Shown one piece after another: positions 35,401 to 49,064 of a stretch of 64,000 bases of DNA. The notes under the pieces are model-generated. The model was not told the DNA's origin. It worked only from the letters and a program-made list of their open reading frames with translations, and searched no databases. This DNA comes from Tubiluchus corallicola (taxonomy: Eukaryota; Animalia; Priapulida). Position 1 is the first letter of the stretch. Every line of letters starts with the position of its first letter. Location of the stretch: positions 248,001 to 312,000 of the forward strand of contig JAQGDQ010000156.1 of NCBI GenBank assembly GCA_030141605.1. Reading direction: 5' to 3'. The position numbers were made by a program, and so were the translations under genes.

Positions 35401-37129
35401 TTTTGAGTAGTTTTACAACACACTAACATCTATTACTGATCACAACATTTTTACTGTGTGCAGTGAAGAAGTACACAGTTAGTTAGTTCGAGTATGTAAC
35501 AACTCAATATAGCCAATACAAAAATACAGAACTAGTTCATTAGTTAATACTTAATTGAAATTTACAAAACCCATACAACAGAAACGATTCTCGATGTACA
35601 TAAGCCTATACAAAGTATAAGTTGTACGTTGTAATATACAATGTTGCTACTTAATTCAGAAATCCAATACATGTGTACATCCATGACAGTTAGTGTAGTA
35701 TTACAGTTATTACAGCAGTACATATAGTTGATTCTAGCATAAGTTGTTTATTAATGAGTACTTGATTGAAAAGACAGTCTACATCATAATTTAAAATACC
35801 ATTATACGTAGAATCAATTAGCAAAACGTTTAGTACACTTTGATTGATTATTGCTGATTATAGCTTCGTCCTGATCGCCCGTTTTGAATTTAATGTGCGG
35901 ATGAATATGCGGACAGATCAGTCCATTAGACATCTGAACAATAGACAGGTGAGTGGGAAAATGTATATACGGACTGTCCCGCAGACGCGACTAAACGTCT
36001 TACCCACGCTTCGTACCATAGCCCGTGTGTACACAAATGTTGTCCGAATATTTCAATGCATTTTTGTTGCTTGTACTTCTGCTTAATTTATAAATATAAC
36101 AATGCACACCAATACAAGCAGACACACGGTAAAGTTTAAGTTTGAGCTTTACCCGATGTTTCCGTTAAGATATACAGCGGTTACGGCACCTCCAGCCATT
36201 TTTTGATTGTGTAAACAACGACGACGATGCTGATGATGACGCGCGACAGGACTGGCCATCCGATGGGCACCACCGTGTTAATCACCTGACTATGCCCGGT
36301 CCAGTGTGATTTACTCATGTGTGACTGAGTAACGTCTCTAGTTTTCGCATTTTGACTCCTATCTCGGACCCTTAAACCTTCCAACCTTTTTTCAGGTGTG
36401 TATCTCGCAAGTTTTATGATCCTACTAGGTACTATAGCTTTAAAGTTATTCAAGTTTTCACATTTTGGTATCTATTTTGGCCTTTTAAGCAATTCCATAT
36501 ATAGTTTTAACAACCATCTCGCCTATACACCAGGTTTTCGCCTTGTCTAATTTCATGTTCTGCGTGCGATAGTTTCGAGTTATTCAATGTTATGTGTTGT
36601 GCTGACCAGTGCTTACTCTCCCTGATCCTTTAACAGAAGTCACCAATCGCCATTGTTTATGCCAGGTGTCTAACCGTCTATCCTGCAGGTTTCTTGACTT
36701 TAGATCTCGGTTTTTGGGAGCTAACATGAATCGCTGATTGTGTCCCAACAACGACAACGGCAAGTTCAACGCGTGTTAGGACTGACCATTTAGGCACGAT
36801 TCTTGGATGGGTCCAAGTGTGTAATTAACAGTGATAGTCAAGCAACTAGTTTGTTGTGGTACCGCAATAAGATTTGAATAACAGGGAAAATTTTTATTAA
36901 ACACGTTTGGCTGGATGCAACTTTGATGAAGCATGAAGTCACTGCAGTGATAAATGGGATTAGTTGACTGCGTACTATAATCGTTACTTGGCAGTGTGAT
37001 GTCACGCGAAATTGCTTTTATTGATGATGTAAGGTTTGACGTGTGAGATAATAACATATCGAAAACAGCGTTTAGTGATATTGGATAGTACGAAAATTGG
37101 AAAATTGAGCTGTACACGGGTGAAAGCTA

Positions 37130-37616
37130 TCGAATATAGAAATGCGTTCTAGCATAAGAAGAAAACCCTCCACTTACATAAAGCTTAAAAATTCGTCTCC
37201 AAATTTTATACCACTTACATACTAGCTTTTCGTATGCACGGCTTGCATCGGCCGTAACGCTGTATAAAACGTGTATATTTAAACAACCCGCGATGACCTT
37301 TAGGCGCGGCCATTTTGATGGTAGATCGTTTGAAACAAGTTTTGATAACATTAAGTAAAGTTTGAAAAATAATCAGAGCATTCGTAGCATACACGTTGCT
37401 AATTAAGTAAAATTTGAAATTACTGTATCTTGTCAATAAGATTAAAAATACGCTTTTGGCTAGTGAGTGGCGCACCCTGAAGGGTGAGCCAGCGACATTT
37501 TACCAATTTGCACAAGCATTTCAAATTATTTGTCTAGTTTCAAAGTCTCTCCAGCAGGTAAGTGAAATGGTAAGTAATATAAATTTGCACGGAAAGTTTA
37601 TTGGGTCATAATTTAA
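37130..37616 (+). repeat. Dispersed repeat family A, copy 1 (others at about 42500-42890 and 52400-52822)
   Basis: Shared blocks AAGCTTAAAAATTCGTCT, TTTGAAACAAGTTT, ATCAGAGCATTCGTAGCA, GGTAAGTAATATAA.TTTGCA; copies 1 and 3 end at TTAA. Confidence 0.75.
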
Positions 37617-39159
37617 CATTGCCTTTTCTTCCCCTGATTTACGTGGCGTAGTGACGTCATGTAATGGCGCTGTCGGAACAGTATTGCAGGAGATTTAAAA
37701 TGAAAACAAACGAAAATTCCTTTCAACCCGAATACAGTATGTGCATAAAATTGCTGTAAAGTGCTAAGATTTTTTAACGCGATTTTTCTGAAACCTACTT
37801 CAGGCGCCCCTTTTCTTGTCCTTTTTAAGCTACTGAGTTGTCACGTTTTCAGTAAGGCTTAAATTCGTGTCGTTTCGTTGGATTTGTCTGAGGTTTAAGT
37901 AGTTCTGTATCTCTTTTGTACAAAAGCTTTCCCACAATGCCTAATGAAAATTATTACATTTTGACTTTTGGACATTGTAATGAGCTTTATGGGAAAATGC
38001 AGCTACGGTCTAGCACAGAAGAGCCCGATAAACAGTTTATTATCAAACAGGGAAAACAACGTGTCTACGCAAGCTAAAAGAAACTTTGAGAATGTGTCTG
38101 GTTGAAACGCTATCTTGCAGACACACAAAGATTCATTTTGTTTCAAACTCGGCAACGTATCTGTAGTTTTCAAATTGAAAGTATTAAAGATTTTTTGCTC
38201 GATTGCCCTTTGCTAGTAGAGAGGAACTGGAAGGACGACTATCAACCTATACCAAACAAATACATTATCTTTTAATATAAATAACATTGACCCGCAATTA
38301 AAAATTTCAGTTTTTCTTTCTGGTAGTTCTCTACTAAGCTATGAACAGAACACCATCGTATTTCACCTGGTACAGCAATACATTGATTCATCTAACGGTT
38401 TTAATAATCTTAATTAATAATTGGAATAGTTATACATATTTTGTGATAGATTTGTTTTTCCTGTTAAACTGTACTCCTGTAAAAAAATTTGCCGCCTGAG
38501 GCAACTCGATCAGCATTTATTTGCTGTTTGTCAAAGGCATTTATTTCAAATATCTCAGTAACTGAATAATCTCAGTAACGTTTCTTTTCTGTTTCGTTTG
38601 TATTGCATGGGATCGCTAGCTTTTGTCAATCGTCTAGTTTTATCCACTTATATACATGTAATATTAATTAGTACTTAATAACGGTAATTAGTAACAGAAA
38701 TTAATTATGCATGTGTATTAATATTTATTAATGTATTATTAATTAGTGATCAGAAATTTAAAAGTTTTCACAGGCAAAATCAAACGGTACTAATTTGCAG
38801 TTAACTCACCAGTTTGGCGATTAAATATTATAAGATGTGTGTTTTGTAATGTCATCGCGCTTATTAAACAACTTTAATTTGCTTTTGTTGGGCTAAAATC
38901 ACGGGGGTTGTTTTCTTAGATTTGCAAAAAGCAGCGCATTTTGCTTGAAACAAGTTGGAATTCATTTATTAGGGCTGACTAAGTTTACGTACGTTGATGC
39001 CTTAAACATGTACAGAATAACATTATTGTGTATTAATAACAAATTATTGCTTATTAGCAGACATTTATTAACAAATTATTGCAGCATGTACCAATTTACA
39101 TTAAGCATTTTCATAATTATCAAATAATTCTAACAGTTTTATTTCTGACTGACCGACTG

Positions 39160-39298
39160 GATGAGTGAATGAATAAATGAATGATTGAATGAAGGAAAGA
39201 ATGAATGAATGAAAGAAAGAGAGAAAGAATAAATGAATGAATGAACGAGCTACCGATCGAACGAACACACGAACGAACGAACGAATGAATGAACGAAT
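39160..39298. repeat. (GAAT)n/(GAAC)n microsatellite
   Basis: Direct inspection. Confidence 0.9.
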
Positions 39299-39659
39299 CC
39301 TTTTTTCAGAATTTCTTCCTTGTAATAGTTAAAACATACAAAATAGTAAATATCGCATTGTAAAATAAAGTCTTATTACAGTCCCAACGGAAAAAAAACT
39401 CACTTATGCGGGATAGTCGTATGTGTATATATTCTGCAAAAGTGTTGCCTAGTGACAATGAGTATTTTTGACTCTCTGTGAATCGTACGCCCGCAAGCCT
39501 CGACTGACAAGAACGCGCTGGCTTCTTGTCTGTGGTGTTCCTGTACAAGATTCGATTTTTGAACTCATTCCTATTTCGGACAGCTTTCGGTAATTATGCA
39601 TAAAATGTCGGTAAGCTTACAGTACTTTTTTACCTTTATATCAGTAACATCTGGAAGAT

Positions 39660-39661
<2 letters not shown>

Positions 39662-39697
<36 letters not shown>

Positions 39698-39724
39698 CGT
39701 GCGTGTGCGTGCGTGCGTGCGTGT
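39662..39724. repeat. (GT)n/(GCGT)n microsatellite
   Basis: Direct inspection. Confidence 0.95.
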
Positions 39725-39869
39725 TTCTCAGTTCAGTTATAAATATAACACAGCCTAGATTTATAGCAGCGACATTAACCGTCGCCTTTTATACTGGCAT
39801 TATAAAGTGATTCTGTAATTTAGTTATTATTCATTCTCGAGAAATCCTCTCCAGTCTGTATCTAGTAAT

Positions 39870-40078
39870 TTTCTAGTAGGTGTGTAATATTTGTGAATTA
39901 TCTAGTAGGTATGTAATATTTCCTGAATTATCTAGTAGGTTATGTACTATTACCTGGAATTATATAGTAGGTGTGTAATGTTACCTTAATTATCTAGTAG
40001 GTATGTAATATTACCTGAATTATCTAGTAGATCTGTAATATTAGCTGACTTATCTATTAGGTGTGTAACATTAGTTGA
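39870..40078. repeat. 30-bp minisatellite, about 7 copies
   Basis: Consensus TATCTAGTAGGTATGTAATATTACCTGAAT, head to tail with no spacers. Confidence 0.92.
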
Positions 40079-40234
40079 AGGAAATGTCAGTTTCGATTTT
40101 TGCACAATATACATAATTATATAGTAATTTACGAAGTTTCCATAATCCTGATCTTGAGCAATTTTTTATCAGACAGGCGTGTTGTGCACTAAATCGCTTT
40201 GTTGCACATTCGCTTGCTTGATCCACTTAGTATG

Positions 40235-40547
40235 CACGGCTGGATTATCCAATAGGCTAGTTACAGAGTTACAGACTGCAGCCCATGGGCCCTCAAGATT
40301 GGGGACCCTACTAAAACATTTTCGTTTTAGCATTTAAAGATATTTAACAAAACAGATATTTTATTGACAAACAAAAGATAGCTGTTCTGGTTTATTAAGA
40401 GAATTTACAAAAATTTTACTTCAAGCTATGTAAAAGTCGCTAAAATATATCACGAGTAAAAATGTTCGAAGATGGGTGCATCCGGGCGAATTAGAGGGTG
40501 GTTCCGTCATTAACTTAGGGGCCCCAAAAGGTCACAATCCGGCCCTG
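40235..40547. mobile_element. MITE with CAGGGCCGGATT-type TIRs
   Basis: CACGGCTGGATT at 40235 and AATCCGGCCCTG ending 40547, internal GGGCCC/GGGGCCCC motifs; no convincing TSD. Confidence 0.55.
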
Positions 40548-42499
40548 CTATGCATGCTGCTATACGTAAGTTGACTACAGGGAAATAAGTTTATCAGAAT
40601 AATGATGTATTTTGTGGTTTGTGCACTTATCTGTGACATTTTTCTCCTCACGTGTCATTAGTTAACCATAAAAAGCCTGCCGAGTGCCGGATTCGATGCA
40701 GCATTGAGCACTATGAGCCTAGAAGTAGCATCGAGCCGATAATCGAAGTTTTGAAGTACCACTTTTGAGTGATCTTTGTACTTGATCAGCATCTGCGTTT
40801 TTCTGTTACTTACCTTTGCTATATATTGCAATGAATTGTGCTCACGGGAACAAAGTTATTTAAGTTAATGACCAGGACATCAGATAATCGTTTACTAGTT
40901 TAATAGTTTAATTTGTGGTACGTTTCCTCCCATGTCATTCATTACTTAACAAGAAATAGACTTGCCAGCTATGCTTTGTAATTAAAATGATGTTTTGCGT
41001 ACTGTCAGTTCGTCAACGATAGTTTTTTCCTGTTGTTGATGTGTTTGCAGCGTGATTAGTTTAAATTGTAACGTTTTATATTAATTAGTTAATTTGCTGT
41101 GAAGCAGATTATGATTATGTGTATTATAAATATATTGCAAAATTCTGATAATCAAGAATGTGATCAGTAATAAGAAGTCGTCTAGTTTATCAGGTGAATA
41201 TCAGAAAATTAAAAAAATGGGTACACAAAAGCATAAAATAATCCGCGTAATTTATTTATTTGTTAAATTTACAAATTAATTTAACATTGTGTAGCTTGAA
41301 TTGTGGTATTTCTTCTTTGACTTTTTATACTATTAATAAAATATGGCATTTTTTGCATTGTATATAATATTTTTATTGTTAAAATATATCTAATTATGTG
41401 ATCTTAGTTATAGATTTTTAATATGGTGTACCATAGTTTAGTTTTTTAAAATGTATGTATGTATGTATGTATACGCATTTGGCTTTAAGCTGAAATAAAT
41501 AGATTAACTAAAATTAACTAAGTACGGGATCGTTTATTAGCACATGGTAGGTTTCATTGGCCGTGCGTCCAATACGAGAAAAATGAAGCGATTAATAAGA
41601 ATAAGCTGATCCCGTTTAGGCAAATGTTCTGAGTATAAGCCTGTGTGCCAGCCATGGCTACCCATTAAATTTTTATTGCAAGTAATAGACTCGCTTCACT
41701 GCGGTATTGTGTACATCTTGATTTCTCCATTTTCAATAATTTGATGGGAGTGACTATTAAGCCTATTCCGGATATGTTGTAAGGTTAGCCAGAAAATTCT
41801 GTTTATAAATGTCGTGAGGGGCTGTTGGTCCTCACTCTTCAGCCCTTCCTGACGCCGCCACCACCTCTGGTTTAAGGTTATTTCAAGGTTGTTTCGGGCG
41901 CTGTAATGGTTAGAAGATTGAGATTAGATGTTTTTTTCACAAAATCGATGTTCACACGACCATTCATCTTGCTTTCAGACTTTTAAATGTTAATTTTCTG
42001 TTTGTGTATGAACATCATGCCACAAATAGTTTGCCGGATGACTTCTTTTAGAACTTTATGGAAGCTACTAGCTATTTAGGAAATCTTGCTAAAAAGAAAT
42101 TGAAACAACACCACGTTTCAGTTCACCACTGTGAACTATTTTCAAGTAAAAGTAAAAATTAAAAAGGTAAAAGGTACAAAGATTCCACAATGCATTTTTA
42201 TCAGGGAAAAGGTACACAGTACGAAAAAAACACGAGAAAAACATAAAAAATGACTAAACACAATAATTAATTTGGCACACAATCCAGACCATCCGTCGCT
42301 GCATGGATGAATCCCAATCCCAGTTACAGCCGCCGCACATTTCAGATGAATGTGAATACGCCCTAATAAACTTGGAAAATGTAAACTGGCAAGTACATTC
42401 GATGGTGAAGCGAGCAAATGAGGTAATGCGTAATTAAATATACCTACCCGAGAGACTAAGGGCGATTTACGAAGACCTTGCGAGATTCTGCTCAAGTAA

Positions 42500-42890
42500 G
42501 ATAATTCACGCTTCATTAACGCACAAGGAAACCCTTTACTTACACAAAGCTTAAAGCTTTGTATCACCTACATAGTACATATTGACTTATTGTGCCCAGA
42601 CTTGTAACAGCAGTAACGGTGTATAAACCTTGAAAATCTAAACTCCTGCGATGACTGTTCGCGCAGCCATTTTGACTGAAAGTAATTTGAAACAAGTTTA
42701 GATAACAATGCGTGAAGTTTGAAAAAATAATCAGAGCATTCGTAGCACACACCCTTAGTAGCTATTAAAGCTATGTATAAATCACTGCACTTTAACAATA
42801 CGTTTTTGTTGAGTCAATGGTTCAAACTGGTAAGGTGCGTAAATGAATTTTCTTTTCTAGTTACATAAGTATCTGAAGTAGGTAAGCGTA
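42500..42890 (+). repeat. Dispersed repeat family A, copy 2
   Basis: TTTGAAACAAGTTTAGATAACA...AATAATCAGAGCATTCGTAGCACAC matches 37329-37394. Confidence 0.75.
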
Positions 42891-42893
42891 ATG

Positions 42894-43062
42894 TTAAAGG
42901 AAGACTGGATGATTTTTCATATACTGCCCTATTTCAAGTCCGGTAAAAAGTATACGTTTTAACGCAATTAATACTGCAAAAGCGTTTCGATAATTAAATA
43001 AAAGATTAAAAACTTAATGAACGGCGGGCGAGCCCAACTATTGATGACATCACAAACTAAAT
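42894..43062 (+). mobile_element. Dispersed repeat family B (TTAA/AGG terminus, Kolobok-like end), copy 1
   Basis: TTAAAGGAAGAC.GGAT.ATTTTTCAT...AACGGCGGGCGAGCCCAA...ATGACATCACAAACTAA is shared with 48893-49064; similarity starts exactly at TTAA. Confidence 0.75.
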
Positions 43063-44619
43063 ATACATAGACAACAGCAAATAACAATAAAGGCAACGCT
43101 CAACCAAAAAGGGAAAAGTAAAAAAAAACATTTTAAAGACAACAGGCAGAAGTCAATTACACATAGAAAAGGCAAAAAAGGCAACAGATAAAAACGCAAA
43201 GACAAAAAGGCAAACATAAAACACAAAGGCAAAAATGTGCTTATACACCACAAATGCTTTTTAGGAAACCGCTGGATATATTATAAACATTTTTGAAGCC
43301 ACCTAGTCACTATACTTTATAGAAAATTTTCTGCCTTCTTTTTGATCTATGATCCGCTCTTCTGCAGCAGCTTGCTTGCTTCGGTCATTTTGTGTATTGA
43401 TCAACGTCAGATAAATGTTGTTGTATCAGCAGGATATGAACTTAATAATATTATTGTATAATTATATTGTATTAAAACATCCCCCGTGTTTTCTGGTAGT
43501 GCCTTGTACACCCTGGGAATACGTGAAGTAAGTGAATAATTAATGAATGCGATTGTTATAGTCTTCTAATAGTCTGTTTAATGCACTTTACTAGTAGGTC
43601 CATTGTATGCAGGGACGTCATTGTATGAACACTGAATGATTAAACTGACTTTCGCTGTTATGCAATGCGATGTGTGCATGGATTTTCACAAACATGCATT
43701 GTATCAAACATGACATGTAAATATTTGGTAAATAGAGACGATGTCTATCTATCTGTCTATCTAAGTCAGAAAGAGATTCGGGTTTTCTGTTTGCTGATAT
43801 TTAGATATTTAGATATTTATTAGTGTCAAAAATACATAAATACAAAAAAAAAACAAGTTGTACCGGGTACATACAATTTCAATTTTGAAATATAATGACA
43901 CTATATACAAACAAAACAATTATTAATAAAACAAATATTATTAAGTTTTCCTGTTAGTTATATTAGTTATTTACATGAAATTTTTAATGGTTAATATTTA
44001 CTAATAAAAATTCATTAAGCCTCATTTTCAGTGATATGATTATTACGTAGTATACCTGTTCATTGTGTCTTAGAAACCCTTTTTCAACATAATCAATAAA
44101 TACCTGAATTACTTCTAAATCATTACTTCCAATCAAGAATAAAAAATTGTCAGCATCGCTCATGAAGAAAAATTCTAACATAATTACATTGATGTGATTA
44201 TATAATTTTCCTCTAAAATCATTGTAATATGGGCATTTTATAAGAAAATGTAATTCGTTTTCGATTTCATTTCTTAAACAGTATGAGCATATACGATTCT
44301 CAGCTGGGATTTTTCTAGGTTTGACGTATCTCCCTCTTTCAATACATAAAGTATGAGAGCTGATTCTCAGTTTTGTAAATTTCGTTATAGCATATTTGGA
44401 ATAAACAGAAAGTAAATAGTTTTCTAGTTGATATTGTTTTTTGAAGGTTCGATACGTTCGCAGTTTGTTTTGTCGAAGGGGCCTGGCGCTGAAGGGAAAA
44501 CAAGAATAAGTTACGTCGTTTTACAAAATGAACACATAAAATGAAGGAAAACAGATACATAATTTATTGATTTTTTGAAGTGCATTGCAATGCAGAGCTC
44601 TTTTACTTAAGCATCAGAC

Positions 44620-44880
44620 CAGACGGTTTAGACACGTGAGTGGTAACGCGCCCGCTTTCCGTCTGGGAGGTCGTGAGTTCGATAGAGCAACCGGGTCGTA
44701 CAATGACTTAAAAATAGTATGTGCTGTTGCCTTGATGGCGCGTGGTATTTATGGTAAAATTGGGGTAATAATAGGCTCTGCTATGTAGTTGTAGATTGTT
44801 ATTTACAGTTGGCCCAAAAGCTCTTTAGAACTTATGGTAATTGTTCATTCTGAAAGCCGACTTTAAATAAACTTTATTAT
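44620..44880 (+). mobile_element. tRNA-derived SINE
   Basis: A-box-like GTGAGTGGTAA, B box GAGTTCGAT, then CCGGGTCGTACAATGACTTAAAAATAGTA resembling a conserved SINE central domain (MetaSINE-like, from memory); ends near AATAAA plus TTATTAT. Confidence 0.6.
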
Positions 44881-47027
44881 AAAAGCATCTGACGAAAAAG
44901 TTTCCTAATTGATTTTTAGATTTAGATTTTAATGAATATTAACTGTTCAACAGTAATTATTCGTGTTACGTTTAATAACATTTTACAGTAATTATTCGTG
45001 TTACGTTTAATAACATTTTAATTACCATCACATTATAACTGCCCCGATAAATTTGTTTATAAAACACAAAATAGCTGAAGCTGTTTCTGTACATACTTTG
45101 CTTTTGTCATTCAGCTGTTCAGTGGTGCTGACGATGCAAAACTTATTTGCCAAAACTGTTACAAAAGTTTCGGCAATTTTTGATGACAAGGCAAAATCGT
45201 TAATCTTTTACACGGTTGGCTGTGTGACTTAAACTATCAATTAATCATGTGCAGATTGATCAATGCGGTTTGGAGAAAGGCCTCCATGCTAATCTAATAA
45301 ACGTCGGACGAATTTATCTTAATGCTATATGTTAATGTTAATGTGCTTTATATTAGTTACTCGATGACTATAGTTGCTCCAACGAAGTGGGGAACTGTAA
45401 AGTTATCGGTTCTGTCTGTCTGTATGTATGTCTGTCTGTCACTATTTTTCTCGGCCGTAATGTAGTCATTTGGTATCTGGTTTACAGGAAGGGTACGGGT
45501 CAAACTCGGAACCTATTATTTTTTTGCCAATTGATGCAGATTTGTACTACAATTCGTTTAACAAGGTATTAGTTAACAACAATCATGCAATGAAACATGT
45601 TTTAATTTAACCTCGCACGATAATCTGACCATGCTTTTTTTCACATGCATTTAGTATAACGTTATTTTAAGTGTCTGGATCTAAATTTAATTTGAAATAC
45701 AGAATTACGACACACTATATGTTGGTGGTTGTACAGAGATTATAGAGATTTAGTTCCATTTTAAGTGATAATTACAATCTGTGTCAATGCAGAAAATACA
45801 TATTTGTGTATGTCTTCACGAATGTCATTGGGATCACTTAAACGAAATTTACAAAATTGAGCTTACCTGTTGTTTTATTTAATAGTGCAAGTTCTTCATT
45901 ATATACAATAATTCTAACGCTTCACTTTAAATGTAGGTTACCATTTTGTAAAATGTAATTTTTGTAAGCTAATTTTCATAAAACCTGGCTAGGTTTTTTT
46001 CAAAAGCACCAAGAATGAAATTAGTTGATAAAATGATGTCATTTATTAAAATTGCAATACATTAAATATAGCAAGGCAAGAAAGGTGGGGCACGCCCAAA
46101 TGCCACTCAAACCCAATACGTGACTGTACTAATCACAGTATTGATTGCGTCTATGATGATAAACATAATAAAGCATTGTTTACAATACTACAATACATTG
46201 CAAAACTATACCAAACGCCTAGTAAAGCAGTTTAAACAATATATGTATATAAATTCCACACCGCAGAAAAAATAATTTTATATATAATAGTGGCATGTTA
46301 TATATAAAAATTCCACACCACAGAAAAAATATGCAATGTTAAAAGTACCTAAACCTAAAGTTCACACAAAAATTATATTCCTATTTTAGTAGTGGGTGGT
46401 GAGAGGGTGGGTTTTCACATGCAGCAACAGTAGGCAAATGGGTGATTTTCGGCAAGACGACGGATGTCATTCGTTGATTGGTCGGTTAGAAACAATGTGC
46501 GCGACACTGGCGCGCATGCTCACGAACATTCCTTACAAAAACTCATTTATTGCTATTCTATCAATAAATTGACTTTTTTTAATATAATACTATGCTCTAC
46601 AGTATAAATTTGTTGGAAAATGTAATTGCAATTCTAAAATTCGTTGTGTTCTAAACTTTGTAAAAGTTTGCATAGTATAAAATAATTGTAATATTTAGCC
46701 AATATAAATACCGTTTACTATTATCATTGTTGTTGTTGTTGTTGTTATTGTTATTAATATAGTTATTACTGTGTTTTGTTGTGTATTGTGTTGATGATTA
46801 TATGTGGGGGGTTTTGGCTGTGTAGCTTTTTTCTTCACTGTAAGGTATTGCATTGTTTGTATAACGTTTTGTAACTTGTAATTGCAGTTGTGATTGTATG
46901 GATTGTGATCGTCAATAAATGATATCTTAATATGAAATTCACGCCTTTACATGTTTTTGTATACCGTGTATGAATATGAAATATTAATCATGCTGTAATA
47001 CTGATCATTAAGCCATTAGGTTCCTGT

Positions 47028-47177
47028 TTAGTTAGCTGTGCAGGTTCCTATGAGGTGCTCCCAGCCAACTGGTTCTGGCTTGTCTGCAGTTGGAACAAAT
47101 TTGGTTATCTTGCATTGAAGACTGTTCCCGCATTTGCCTGCAACGTTGTGCGGGCCACCGCAAGGTTGACCGAGTCC
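47028..47177 (-). CDS. Secreted single IGFBP(IB)-domain protein, exon 3 (not in ORF track)
   Basis: TTTGTAG acceptor, GLGQPCGGPHNVAGKCGNSLQC...GTCTAN-stop, the C-terminal half of an IB domain, phase 0 with exon 2. Confidence 0.9.
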   Translation of the reverse strand, partial: GLGQPCGGPHNVAGKCGNSLQCKITKFVPTADKPEPVGWEHLIGTCTAN

Positions 47178-48111
47178 CTACAAATATTTACAACTTATGT
47201 CAAACACGATTTTACATGTAAAAACTAAAAGTACTATGTTGTTTTTAACTTTATTTATATTTACCTATAACTTTTAACTATATTTAGTTTATTAGTAAGA
47301 TTTTTACTCATTCTTACCAAGGATTAAAAAAGTATAGCAAAATTTTCTTTTTGGACACATATTCCTTCTCTTATAATATTAGTGATTGCCATGTGTGTGA
47401 ACTATACTCTTGAAATATTTTAATGGTAATTGTAATTATTTTTTAGCTCAGTAATCAGTTTTTGTAATAGACACAATTAACATGTTTATTCGTTGTATAA
47501 TAATGCATGTAAGATAGTACCATGGTCTCACATTTCGTTATCATCTATGTTTACTATGTAACTTTGCAATGGGTCACTTTACTATAGGTGGCCTGTACGT
47601 TATGTGCCGGTCTTTTCACCTTGTACAGGTCTCCCTGGCCAGTTTGTTGTGTTGTATTTTTTTATTATTATATTAATTTGTTATGGCTAAAATAAATGAA
47701 TAAATATCAAATACCAAATATTAAATTAACTTTTCTAGACGACATCAAGGAATATAATGGCGTGAAGCTTCGCTTACTAAGCTTAGGCTAATTGTATTTT
47801 ACCTCTGATTGTTATCATGTGCAGACAGTTTAATATAAATAAAAGGAAGTGAGCTTGCTATTGAGTACATTTTAAACAGAAATCGCGCTCTTCTTAATTC
47901 TTGTACAAATTATTTATTTTAGAACACGTTTTCATTTACTTCAACGTTTCATTTTCTAATTAGTTTTATGCTTTGAAGCTATAATTGGAATGTAGTAATT
48001 ATAAAAGTAATTATGAAATGATTCATATAATCGCTGTAGAAAAACGTTGAGCGACGCAATATTCGTGGTAATAGTAGCGGAACCTAGCCACTGGGGGGAT
48101 GGGGGGGGGGG

Positions 48112-48509
48112 GGGCTGGAAGCAGCTTCTCTAAAGAAGACCGAAGAGAAGAAAATGGACGTGGTGGAGATGAGGATGTTGAGATGGATGGTGGGAGTAGC
48201 AAGAAGAGATAAAATTAGAAATAATAATATCAGAGGAACAGTAAAAGTAGTGGAAGCCTCGCGAGATTGCGATGGTATGGACACCTGAAAAGAAGAGTCG
48301 GTGAAGATCATGTGGGAAGGGAGGTCATGGAAATGGAAGTGCTGGGAAATAGAAGAAGAGGACGACCCAAGCGGAGATGGATTGAATGTATTAATGGAGA
48401 CCTTAGAGAGAAGAACATAAATGAAGAGATGGTCAACAACAGGAATGCGTGGAGAAGACTCATTCACAACGGCGACCCCGCATAGGGAAAAGCCGGGAAG
48501 AAGAAGAAG
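48112..48509 (+). mobile_element. 5'-truncated RTE-clade LINE in intron 2 of the IB gene (antisense)
   Basis: EMRMLRWMVGVARRDKIRN...LRWYGHLKRR...RRRGRPKRRW...NRNAWRR, (GAA)n tail, probable TSD AGTAGCGGA at 48073-48081 and 48508-48516. Confidence 0.92.
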
Positions 48510-48591
48510 TAGCGGATATTATATTCTCTGACTACGTGTACTAGTTTAGCATCATATATCCAGTATTTCTCCTCAAGCCAAAAGTTCTTAC

Positions 48592-48820
48592 CTGAAGACA
48601 AACATCGCAGCAGTTACAGCGGTCTTTGCCAACACCTGCTGAACATCCACTGACAGCTGGACATGCTTCTTTATACTCCTCCTTACGAACTCTGAAGTCT
48701 TTGTAGAAACAGGTCTGGTCATCGCAGCATGGATAGCATGGTTGATTCAAAATGGCTGTACATGTCCGCTCATCACAGCACGGATCGCAGCTTCTAAACG
48801 CTGATGCCACTGCTGCCAAA
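48592..48820 (-). CDS. Secreted single IGFBP(IB)-domain protein, exon 2
   Basis: LAAVASA-FRSCDPCCDERTC...CYPCCDDQTC...CPAVSGCSAGVGKDRCNCCDVCLQ; acceptor CTTTCATATAG, donor CAG/GTAAGA. Confidence 0.92.
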
Positions 48821-48892
48821 CTATATGAAAGATTCAAATGCATTTTAGGCACGGCTTATTTAATAAATAATGCGAATTTTGTACGAACGACC

Positions 48893-49064
48893 TTAAAGGA
48901 AGACAGGATAATTTTTCATGTACTACACCATTTTCAAGTACGGTAAAAAGTATACATTTTAACAACAGTAATACTGCAAATGCGTTTCTGATAATTAAAT
49001 AATAGATTAAAATCTTAATTAACGGCGGGCGAGCCCAATTAGTAATGACATCACAAACTAACAT
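48893..49064 (+). mobile_element. Dispersed repeat family B, copy 2 (IB gene intron 1)
   Basis: High similarity to 42894-43062. Confidence 0.75.

Noticed and set aside
39870-40078. 30-bp repeats as a CRISPR array
   Set aside because: Units are contiguous with no unique spacers; eukaryotic context, no cas genes.
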